DNA of 10,224 nucleotides from a virus (Duplodnaviria; Heunggongvirae; Uroviricota; Caudoviricetes): IMG/VR virus record IMGVR_UViG_2526164649_000017; one strand, 5' to 3'. Shown piece by piece: positions 1 to 6,753 of this stretch (position 1 is its first letter; each line of letters starts with the position of its first letter). The notes under the pieces were generated by a model. It saw only the letters and a program-made list of their open reading frames with translations, ran no database searches and was not told where the DNA came from. The position numbers and the translations under genes were made by a program.

Positions 1-71
1 ACCAAAGCATGACATCTCTGTTTCGCACCGAAGGTGACACTTCTGCTTTGCGTTGACAGGAGAAGCAGGCT

Positions 72-227
72 ATGAAGCAGCAAAAGGCGATGTTAATCGC
101 CCTGATCGTCATCTGTTTAACCGTCATAGTGACGGCACTGGTAACGAGGAAAGACCTCTGCGAGGTACGAATCCGAACCGGCCAGACGGAGGTCGCTGTC
201 TTCACAGCTTACGAACCTGAGGAGTAA
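72..227 (+). CDS. hokD: Hok/Gef family type I toxin (small membrane peptide)
   Basis: Not in the ORF track (51 aa). ATG 72-74, stop TAA 225-227, AGGAG at 58-62 as SD. Translation MKQQKAMLIALIVICLTVIVTALVTRKDLCEVRIRTGQTEVAVFTAYEPEE: one hydrophobic helix plus the conserved Hok C-terminal region; matches my recollection of RelF/HokD of the Qin prophage. Followed by a hairpin terminator. Confidence 0.85.
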   Translation: MKQQKAMLIALIVICLTVIVTALVTRKDLCEVRIRTGQTEVAVFTAYEPEE

Positions 228-295
228 GAGACCCGGCGAGTGAGAAATCCCTCGCCACCTCTGATGTGGCAGGCATCCTCAACGCACCCGCACTT

Positions 296-322
296 AACCC
301 GCTTCGGCGGGTTTTTGTTTTT
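296..322 (+). terminator. Rho-independent terminator after the hok gene
   Basis: Stem CCCGC (298-302) / GCGGG (307-311) with a TTCG loop, followed by TTTTTGTTTTT. Confidence 0.6.
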
Positions 323-335
323 ATTTTCAACCCAT

Positions 336-365
336 TTGAAGTTCTGGATGGTGCCGGAATAGAAT
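336..365 (+). promoter_or_regulatory. Candidate sigma70 promoter upstream of rem
   Basis: TTGAAG (336-341), 18-bp spacer, TAGAAT (360-365), about 80 bp upstream of the rem ATG. Sequence pattern only. Confidence 0.3.
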
Positions 366-444
366 CAAAAATACTTAAGTAGCGCGCAGGGATAAAAGGG
401 ATGGACCCCGAACAGGGGAGTGCTACTTATCTGGAAGGATTCTG

Positions 445-696
445 ATGATGAACATCGAAGAACTGCGTAAAATTTTTTGTGAAGATGGCCTCTATGCTGT
501 GTGCGTTGAAAATGGAAATATTGTTAGTCATTACCGCATTGTGTGTTTGCAAAAAAATGGGGCTGCGTTAATTAATTTTGTGGATGCCCGAGTGACGGAC
601 GGATTTATCTTGCGCGACGGTGAGTTTGTCACTTCATTACAGGCATTGAAAGAGATCGGAATAAAAGCTGGCTTTTCTGCTTTTTCAGAAGAATAA
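445..696 (+). CDS. rem: Rem-like small prophage protein, function unknown
   Basis: 83-aa ORF with GGAAGGA SD 5 nt upstream. Sequence and position next to the hok gene and a ydfU-like gene match my memory of Qin prophage rem. Confidence 0.75.
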   Translation: MMNIEELRKIFCEDGLYAVCVENGNIVSHYRIVCLQKNGAALINFVDARVTDGFILRDGEFVTSLQALKEIGIKAGFSAFSEE

Positions 697-762
697 ACTC
701 ATCTACAATCTTGCGCGGGGCTGAACTCCCGCTGAGTAACACCGTGCCACCGGAGAAAACCG

Positions 763-1041
763 ATGGCACGCAACGCAAAATATTACAATCATGATAATTC
801 GACCGTTCTTGCCCACACGCACGAGCGGTATTCTCATGCATTTAAGTCAGACTGGTACCAGCATCCCTCATGCACTGAAGAACAGGCCGAATGGCTCATT
901 CAGTGTTACCGCAGGCGCGGATGCGAGGTTAAAAAAGCCCTTAGCCTCGACTACCGTCACTGGATAATCTCCGTCAGGCTCCCTTACTCCGAACAGCCAC
1001 CGCGTCCGTCCCGCACATTCCAGCAACGGATCTGGAGGTAA
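763..1041 (+). CDS. Hypothetical protein (92 aa)
   Basis: ORF with GGAGA SD (752-756) 6 nt before ATG 763. Its stop TAA (1039-1041) lies 1 nt before the GTG start of the next gene, and GGAGG (1034-1038) inside its 3' end serves as that gene's SD. No family recognised. Confidence 0.45.
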   Translation: MARNAKYYNHDNSTVLAHTHERYSHAFKSDWYQHPSCTEEQAEWLIQCYRRRGCEVKKALSLDYRHWIISVRLPYSEQPPRPSRTFQQRIWR

Positions 1042-1042
1042 C

Positions 1043-2092
1043 GTGCGGGTATTACTTCGACCTGTTCTGGTTCCGGAACTCGGGCTGGTGGTCCTTAAGC
1101 CCGGTCGTGAATCCATGCCGGTATTCCACAATACCCGGTTACTGGTGGAGCCGGAACCGAAAAGCATGCGTAATCTGCCGTCCGGGGTCGTTCCTGCCGC
1201 TCGCCAGCCGCTGGTGGAAGACAAAACATTGCTGCCGTTTTTCAGTAACGCACGGGTGATTCGTGCTGCTGGTGGTGCTGGTGCATTGTCTGACTGGCTG
1301 TTGCGCCATATTAAATCCTGCCAGTGGCCACACGGCGATTATCATCACAGCGAAACCGTCATTCACCGTTATGGTACCGGCGCAATGGTGTTGTGCTGGC
1401 ACTGCGACAACCAGCTGCGTGACCAGACATCCGAATCACTCGAGCAACTTGCTCATCAAAACCTGTCAGCATGGATGATTGACGTCATCGGTCACGCAAT
1501 AAGCGGTACGCAGGAGCGTGAATTATCTCTAGCTGAATTATCCTGGTGGGCGGTCCGCAATCAGGTGGCGGACGCGCTACCGGAAGCGGTATTACGTCGT
1601 TCGCTGGGGTTGCGTGCGGAAAAAATCCGCTCAATGTACCGTGAAAGCGACATCGTACCGGGAGAGCAGACCGCCACCAGCATACTGAAACAGCGCACAA
1701 AAAATCTTGCGCCGCTGCCTCACGCCCACCAGCAACAGAACCCACCACAGGAAAAGACGGTGGTCAGCATTGCCGTTGATCCTGAGTCTCCGGAATCTTT
1801 CATGAAACGACCTAAACGTCGCCGCTGGGTTAACGAGAAATACAAACGCTGGGTGAAGACACAGCCGTGTGCGTGTTGTGGTAAGCCAGCCGACGATCCC
1901 CATCACCTGATTGGTCATGGTCAGGGCGGAATGGGGACAAAATCTCACGATATTTTCACGCTACCGCTGTGTCGGGAGCATCACAACGAGCTTCATGCGG
2001 ATCCTCTGGCGTTCGAAGAAAAGCATGGTTCTCAGGTTGATTTAATTTTTCGTTTTCTTGATCACGCCTTTGCAACTGGCGTGCTTGGGTAA
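1043..2092 (+). CDS. ydfU: DUF968-type prophage protein with C-terminal HNH (His-Me finger) nuclease-like motif
   Basis: 349-aa ORF, GTG start assumed from the ORF track (true start may be an internal Met). C-terminal CACCGKPADDPHHLIGHGQGG...SHD...LCREHHNELH fits an HNH signature. Synteny rem-ydfU as in Qin, from memory. Confidence 0.7.
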   Translation: MRVLLRPVLVPELGLVVLKPGRESMPVFHNTRLLVEPEPKSMRNLPSGVVPAARQPLVEDKTLLPFFSNARVIRAAGGAGALSDWLLRHIKSCQWPHGDYHHSETVIHRYGTGAMVLCWHCDNQLRDQTSESLEQLAHQNLSAWMIDVIGHAISGTQERELSLAELSWWAVRNQVADALPEAVLRRSLGLRAEKIRSMYRESDIVPGEQTATSILKQRTKNLAPLPHAHQQQNPPQEKTVVSIAVDPESPESFMKRPKRRRWVNEKYKRWVKTQPCACCGKPADDPHHLIGHGQGGMGTKSHDIFTLPLCREHHNELHADPLAFEEKHGSQVDLIFRFLDHAFATGVLG

Positions 2093-2104
2093 AAGAGGTG
2101 ACTG

Positions 2105-2461
2105 ATGCTCATAGATTTGGTTTTACCTTACCCGCCGACGGTGAACACTTACTGGCGACGCCGTGGCAGCACATATTTTATCTCGGAGGAGGGAAAGCGT
2201 TATCGCCGGGCTGTGGCGCTTATTGTTCGCCAGCAGCGGCTGAAATTAAGCCTGTCCGGAAGGCTGGCGATAAAGGTGATTGCAGAGCCACCGGATAAGC
2301 GTCGTCGCGACCTGGACAATATCCTGAAAGCACCGCTGGATGCGCTGACGCATGCGGGAGTGTTAATGGACGATGAGCAGTTTGATGAAATCAATATCGT
2401 TCGTGGTCAGCCAGTATCTGGTGGACGTCTGGGGGTGAAGATTTACCCCATAATGCATTAA
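2105..2461 (+). CDS. rusA: RusA-family Holliday junction resolvase
   Basis: 118 aa with the conserved DKRRRDLDN acidic motif and size typical of RusA; AGAGGTG SD; lies just upstream of the Q-like gene as in lambdoid phages. Confidence 0.85.
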   Translation: MLIDLVLPYPPTVNTYWRRRGSTYFISEEGKRYRRAVALIVRQQRLKLSLSGRLAIKVIAEPPDKRRRDLDNILKAPLDALTHAGVLMDDEQFDEINIVRGQPVSGGRLGVKIYPIMH

Positions 2462-2475
2462 GAGCAGGTCAAAAA

Positions 2476-3297
2476 ATGAAACTGGAAGATTTACCGAAAT
2501 ACTACTCCCCAAAATCCCCTGGCCTGACCGATGCATCGGCCTCAACGTCAAAAGATGCGCTGAGTATCACTGATGTGATGGCCGCGCAGGGCATGATACA
2601 GAATCGGGCTGAGATGGGTTTTTCTGCGTTCCTGGGGAAAATGGGCATCAGTATGAATGACAGGGCGCGGGCAACAGAATTACTGGCAGATTATGCACTC
2701 AGTCGGTGCGATCGTGTGGCGGCGTTGAGAAAACTTCCGGCAGAAATAAAACCGGTAGTGATGCGCATTATGGCTTCGTACGCTTTTGAGGATTATGCCC
2801 GCAGCGCAGCGAGTAAAAAGCAGTGCCCTTGTTGCTATGGGGAAAAATTTATTGAAAGCATAGTTTTTACAAACAAGATCCAGTATCCGGATGGTAAGCC
2901 GCCGGTATGGGCAAAGTGTACGAAAGGTGTGTATCCGTCTTACTGGGAAGAATGGAAAAAAGTCAGGGAGGTGGTAAAAGTTGCCTGTCCGGAGTGTGGC
3001 GGAAAGGGTGAGGTTTCCACCGCCTGTAAGGATTGCCGTGGGCGTGGTGTCGCCATTCATCGTGAAGAGTCGGTAAAACGTGGTATGCCTGTTATCAGAG
3101 ACTGCCAGCGTTGTGGTGGTCGTGGCTATGAAAGACTACCATCAACGGAGGCATTTAATGCTATATGCGAGGTGACAAACCAGATAACACGCGCGTCATG
3201 GGAAAAAACAGTTAAGAAATTTTATGATGCGCTGGTGACCCGGTTTGATATTGAAGAAGCATGGGCTGAGCGGCAGTTAAAAAAGGTAACTAGGTAA
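2476..3297 (+). CDS. Putative late-operon antiterminator (Q-like), with four CxxCxGxG-type zinc-finger repeats
   Basis: 273-aa ORF directly after rusA and directly before a promoter/terminator pair and phage tRNAs, the canonical Q position. Contains CPCCYGEK, CPECGGKG, CKDCRGRG and CQRCGGRG. Assignment is by position and zinc-binding character, not verified homology. Confidence 0.55.
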   Translation: MKLEDLPKYYSPKSPGLTDASASTSKDALSITDVMAAQGMIQNRAEMGFSAFLGKMGISMNDRARATELLADYALSRCDRVAALRKLPAEIKPVVMRIMASYAFEDYARSAASKKQCPCCYGEKFIESIVFTNKIQYPDGKPPVWAKCTKGVYPSYWEEWKKVREVVKVACPECGGKGEVSTACKDCRGRGVAIHREESVKRGMPVIRDCQRCGGRGYERLPSTEAFNAICEVTNQITRASWEKTVKKFYDALVTRFDIEEAWAERQLKKVTR

Positions 3298-3302
3298 CAA
3301 GG

Positions 3303-3330
3303 TTGATTTTTCCGGAATCTGTGGTAAATT
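3303..3330 (+). promoter_or_regulatory. pR'-like late promoter candidate
   Basis: TTGATT (3303-3308), 16-bp spacer, TAAATT (3325-3330) preceded by TGG (extended -10-like), 6 bp after the Q-like stop. Confidence 0.4.
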
Positions 3331-3377
3331 CGTCATAATGATGGGCGTTTTATGCCTGACGTTAGAAGAGTTTCTAC

Positions 3378-3401
3378 AACCCGCCGCTGAGCGGGTTTTT
3401 T
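3378..3401 (+). terminator. tR'-like intrinsic terminator
   Basis: Stem AACCCGC (3378-3384) / GCGGGTT (3391-3397), 6-nt loop, then a T-run to 3401; about 50-60 nt downstream of the candidate promoter. Confidence 0.6.
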
Positions 3402-3440
3402 ATTGCGAAATTAATTACGGACCGTTATTATTCTGCTCCC

Positions 3441-3516
3441 GGCCCTTTAGCTCAGTGGTGAGAGCGAGCGACTCATAATCGCCAGGTCGCTGGTTCAAAT
3501 CCAGCAAGGGCCACCA
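3441..3516 (+). tRNA. ileZ: tRNA with CAU anticodon, Ile2 (lysidine) type, ileX/ileZ-like
   Basis: 76 nt: acceptor stem GGCCCTT/AAGGGCC, anticodon loop ACTCATAATC, T-loop GGTTCAAATCC, encoded CCA. Closely resembles E. coli ileX from memory. Confidence 0.85.
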
Positions 3517-3617
3517 TCACAAACCGCCATTAGCTTATCAGGAAGAGCAGACGACACGATAACAGGGTTGTTGGTGCGGGGGGCGGGTCCCCGATGGCGG
3601 TCCATTATCGGTATTCA

Positions 3618-3694
3618 GCGTTGTTAGCTCAGCCGGACAGAGCAATTGCCTTCTAAGCAATCGGTCACTGGTTCGAATCCAGTACAGCGCGCCA
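3618..3694 (+). tRNA. argN: tRNA-Arg (anticodon UCU)
   Basis: 77 nt: acceptor stem GCGTTGT/ACAGCGC (one G-U pair), anticodon arm ATTGC-CTTCTAA-GCAAT, T-loop GGTTCGAATCC, encoded CCA. Same tRNA pairing as in lambdoid/Stx phages. Confidence 0.9.
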
Positions 3695-3804
3695 TATTCA
3701 TTCTTCCAGATTCCTTCCGGCAGAGCCTTATACTGAAATATACCTGGCTCAGGATATTGTTGAAAATATTATATATTTGTCAAAAATAAAAGTTCTGTTA
3801 AGTA

Positions 3805-4158
3805 TTGATTGAGTATTTGTTATACGGTCTAATGGTTTTTTCAGCATTAAGTATTTATCATTCATATGGTGTGGGTAGAGTGAATATTGATGAGGCGTCG
3901 GGGTGTTTCATCCTTAGGCAGCGTATTGATATAGTCAATGCAGCACGAGCAAAGGCCTTCAGCCGTTTGACAGTTTTGTTCTGTACTCCTGATCGTCTTT
4001 CGGGAAGAGACGTTATTATTCTGAATAGTGATGCTATACAGAGGGTTTGCGATGAGTTCATGGTTGCTAATTCAGAATTATTTGCTCTTGTTCAGGAGTA
4101 CAACAGAATAGCCAGGACCTGTGGTATGGATGAACTTCGGATTACTCATCTGGGGTAG
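3805..4158 (+). CDS. Hypothetical protein (117 aa as tracked; start uncertain)
   Basis: ORF track starts at TTG 3805; first ATG is 3832 and an in-frame GTG near 3877 is another candidate. No clear SD and no recognised family; ends about 390 bp before a + strand terminator. Confidence 0.3.
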   Translation: MIEYLLYGLMVFSALSIYHSYGVGRVNIDEASGCFILRQRIDIVNAARAKAFSRLTVLFCTPDRLSGRDVIILNSDAIQRVCDEFMVANSELFALVQEYNRIARTCGMDELRITHLG

Positions 4159-4549
4159 ATACATATCTGGATTATCACCTGTTACGGTAAAAAGTGATTG
4201 CTTACTGTTTTTGTGAATGGCATTGCAGCAGCCGGATAATGTCAGTGCCGGCTGACGGTGTGCTGGTGGCGGGTGTGGTGGTTGTTGCTTTCCCGTTGCT
4301 GAAAAAGAAAACGCCAGACTGTTAGCCGGGTATCAGTTAGCGGGAGAAATTTTTAAATACTTCACAATTCAGGCGGTTGACTGTTGTCTGGTTTGCGGGG
4401 AGTTTGTTAAAAGAAACTGGCATGGTGAATCCCCCTGTGCGGAGGGGCAATCAGCGAGTAGGTATATGGGATAATCGCGGATTCAGGTGCTGGTACTGAA
4501 TTCACCGGGAGGCACCCGGCACCATGCAATGGCACATAGCGCCACTCTC

Positions 4550-4582
4550 CAGCCCCTCTCCGGAGGGGCTGTTTATATTGAT
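4550..4582 (+). terminator. Intrinsic terminator (perfect 22-bp palindrome plus T-run)
   Basis: CAGCCCCTCTCCGGAGGGGCTG (4550-4571) is a perfect palindrome followed by TTTATATTGATTTTG. Confidence 0.5.
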
Positions 4583-4605
4583 TTTGTCAGATGTGAGTAA
4601 ACTCC

Positions 4606-4941
4606 TTATGGACTTTGTTGTTTTAGTCCATAAGGACATATTTGCAGAGTGCAACGGTTATTAAAGCATTCATTCAATACGTTATCTGTATTTGTAGGGC
4701 ATTCCTGGCTGTTTTTGATTAAATTCCAGAATGTTTTATTGAATGGTACTACGTTGTAAATGGTTACAGGTAGCACTTTGTTATTGAGCATGATGCCTGT
4801 GTGAGTCAGTGTAAATATACTTTCAGGAGGTAAGAAAGCATCCGATTGATACCAGATTATTAATTTTATTTTACTCCATATGACTGAAAAAGATATTCCG
4901 CATGATGGCTGGATAACTGTATCAATCACAATCCACTTCAT
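4606..4941 (-). CDS. Hypothetical protein (111 aa) in AT-rich island
   Basis: Minus-strand ORF with AAGGAA SD-like sequence 6 nt before the ATG (4939-4941) and a TATACT -10-like hexamer about 40 nt upstream. Opposite orientation to the late operon; no family recognised. Confidence 0.4.
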   Translation of the reverse strand: MKWIVIDTVIQPSCGISFSVIWSKIKLIIWYQSDAFLPPESIFTLTHTGIMLNNKVLPVTIYNVVPFNKTFWNLIKNSQECPTNTDNVLNECFNNRCTLQICPYGLKQQSP

Positions 4942-5200
4942 TTAGTTTCCTTGTTTATGCCTTGCTGGTGATGTTCTGAAAAGTATAAATGATATTTTTG
5001 AATTAAACCATAGAGCAGAATTATTTTTCTGATGTTGTTTATTGTTTATTTAAATGCAGGGTGGTTTATATCTCGTCTTGTAGTTTATCCATGCATATCT
5101 GCTTGATAATCAGGTTTTTATTTAAGGTATGGTTTTGTGTTTTTTCTGTATTACATGTCAGGTATTTTAAAGAATTATTTTTCAGATGGTGGAAAGAACC

Positions 5201-5389
5201 ATGGCATTTAAACACTATGATGTTGTCAGGGCGGCGCCGCCGTCAGATCTTGCGGAAAAGCTGACACATAAACTGAAAGAGGGCTGGCAGCCGTTTGGTA
5301 GTCCGGTGGCCATAACCCCTTATACCCTGATGCAGGCGATTGCAGCAGAAGGTGATGTGGTGGTCAGTGGTGCAACTGAGCCGGAGTGA
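5201..5389 (+). CDS. Small prophage protein (62 aa), unidentified
   Basis: ORF track starts at ATG 5186, but ATG 5201 has a better SD (GGTGGAAAG). Position just upstream of the holin is typical for small conserved lysis-region ORFs; identity not established. Confidence 0.5.
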   Translation: MAFKHYDVVRAAPPSDLAEKLTHKLKEGWQPFGSPVAITPYTLMQAIAAEGDVVVSGATEPE

Positions 5390-5632
5390 TACTACGTCAT
5401 CGTACTGGCCCGGCATTCCAGGCCATAAAAGACAGTCTGGCAGTGGGACTAAATGCACTGACGCTGACGGATATTACCAAAAATGCAACGTATGGCGTTG
5501 AGATAGAAAGTCTGGTGCTGGAGATAAATGCACCGGCATCATCATAAAAAGTGAGCCAGTCAAATGGAAGGTATCGTTAAACTCACCGGTAGTGTCAGTG
5601 GGTCGTCTGAGACGCTTGCATGAGTTATCAGA

Positions 5633-5660
5633 GCCATCAGTAGTTAACTGGTGGCTTTTT
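5633..5660 (+). terminator. Candidate intrinsic terminator upstream of holin
   Basis: Stem GCCATCAG (5633-5640) / CTGGTGGC (5648-5655) with one G-U pair, 7-nt loop, then TTTTTATTGTTG. Confidence 0.4.
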
Positions 5661-5695
5661 ATTGTTGTCAGCTTCCGGATAACGGGAGACGGGGT

Positions 5696-5875
5696 ATGTA
5701 CCAGATGGAAAAAATCACAACAGGTGTGTCATACACCACGTCAGCGGTGGGAACGGGCTACTGGTTCCTGCAGTTGCTGGACAGGGTTTCCCCGTCTCAG
5801 TGGGCGGCAATAGGCGTGCTGGGGAGTCTGCTGTTTGGGCTGCTGACATATCTGACTGAGGTGTACTGGCAATAG
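5696..5875 (+). pseudogene. S21-type class II holin, 3' end truncated by IS600 insertion
   Basis: GGGAG SD 7 nt before ATG 5696 and a second ATG at 5705 (dual-start MYQM, as in S21 MKSM). [51 protein letters not shown] is close to my recollection of S21; native sequence ends at 5856 and the frame runs into IS600 giving EVYWQ-stop. The ORF-track start 5651 is an upstream in-frame ATG without SD. Confidence 0.75.
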
Positions 5876-5899
5876 CGGACACTACCATTTGTTCTTTTT

Positions 5900-6718
5900 T
5901 TAAGCAGCCATCTGATGATATTTTTCCCTGAAGGCTGCCGGGGAGATATTCCCCAGACGAGAGTGACGACGCTGACGATTGTAGAAAATCTCAATGTATT
6001 CCCGTATTACTGAGATGGCTTCATCCCGGTTATTAAAACGATAGTGGCTCAGGCTCTCATTTTTCAGCGTTCCCCAGAAGCTTTCCATCGGAGCGTTGTC
6101 GTAACAGTTACCTTTACGCGACATTGATGTTTTCAGACCAGACTGCTCCTGTATGACCCGGTAATCGTATGCGCAGTACTGTGAACCTCGATCAGAGTGG
6201 TGGATTAGCCCGGCAGGTGGGCGCTGGCTCCTGAGCGCCATAAACAGGGCTTTACCTGTCAGCTCTTTTGTCATGCGCTCTCCCATGGCGTAGCCGACAA
6301 TTTCACACGTATAAACATCTTTGATGCCAGCGAGGTACAACCATCCCTCCTGTGTGGCAACATACGTCAGGTCCGCCACCCAGACCTGATTTGGTGCTGT
6401 AGGAGCGAACGTCTGGTTCAGCAGATTTGGCGCAACTGGCAGATTGTGGTTCGGGTTCGTAGTCGCTCTGAACTTGCGTTTCTGCTTACAGCGTAGCCTT
6501 AGCTCCTTACGAAGACGTGCCAGTCGGTCACGACCAACGATGATGCCATTCTCTGCCAGCTCCGTCTGGAGCCGCCGGGTTCCATATGTTTCGCGAGTGC
6601 GGATATGTGCCACCTTAATCTCCAGTTTTAGCCGCTCATCACTTTGTTTTCTGTCTGAGGGTTCATGCTGTACCCAGTTGTAATAACCGCTCCTGGATAC
6701 ACCAAATACCTGACACAT
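5900..6718 (-). CDS. IS600-like transposase OrfB (DDE integrase domain)
   Basis: 272-aa ORF, identical in protein sequence to the copy at 8133-8951; IS3-family catalytic-domain features; expressed in this family as an OrfAB fusion by -1 frameshifting. Confidence 0.85.
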   Translation of the reverse strand: MCQVFGVSRSGYYNWVQHEPSDRKQSDERLKLEIKVAHIRTRETYGTRRLQTELAENGIIVGRDRLARLRKELRLRCKQKRKFRATTNPNHNLPVAPNLLNQTFAPTAPNQVWVADLTYVATQEGWLYLAGIKDVYTCEIVGYAMGERMTKELTGKALFMALRSQRPPAGLIHHSDRGSQYCAYDYRVIQEQSGLKTSMSRKGNCYDNAPMESFWGTLKNESLSHYRFNNRDEAISVIREYIEIFYNRQRRHSRLGNISPAAFREKYHQMAA

Positions 6719-6753
6719 CGCTTCAATGGGAAATTGTTGTCGCCATTGTTCGA

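Noticed and set aside
868-1948. Minus-strand ORFs of 87-118 aa (868-1224, 1139-1402, 1485-1748, 1631-1948) and the + ORF 1263-1478
   Set aside because: They overlap the 92-aa ORF and the ydfU-like gene, which have SD sequences, coupling and a recognisable motif; no start signals; typical shadow ORFs.
2680-3060. 126-aa minus-strand ORF inside the Q-like gene, and the 66-aa + ORF 2098-2298 overlapping rusA
   Set aside because: Fully embedded in better-supported genes in another frame or strand.
3517-3617. Possible third tRNA between the two tRNAs, as in the ileZ-argN-argO trio
   Set aside because: The 101-bp spacer has no acceptor-stem/T-loop arrangement that I can fold; only a G-rich run.
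4524-4664. 46-aa + ORF starting at ATG 4524
   Set aside because: It reads straight through the 4550-4582 terminator palindrome and the 4603-4636 hairpin; more likely structured RNA than coding.
5061-5458. ORFs 5061-5264 (+) and 5243-5458 (-)
   Set aside because: Low-complexity AT-rich translation, overlapping the better-supported 62-aa gene or antisense to it; no start signals.
3695-5650. Shiga toxin genes in the cargo slot
   Set aside because: No ORFs of the size or order of stxA/stxB; the ORFs present are small, partly on the opposite strand and unrelated in sequence.
5651-5695. ORF-track holin start at 5651 ([15 protein letters not shown]...)
   Set aside because: No SD, and the extension is not part of S21-type holins; ATG 5696 has a GGGAG SD and the dual-start pattern.
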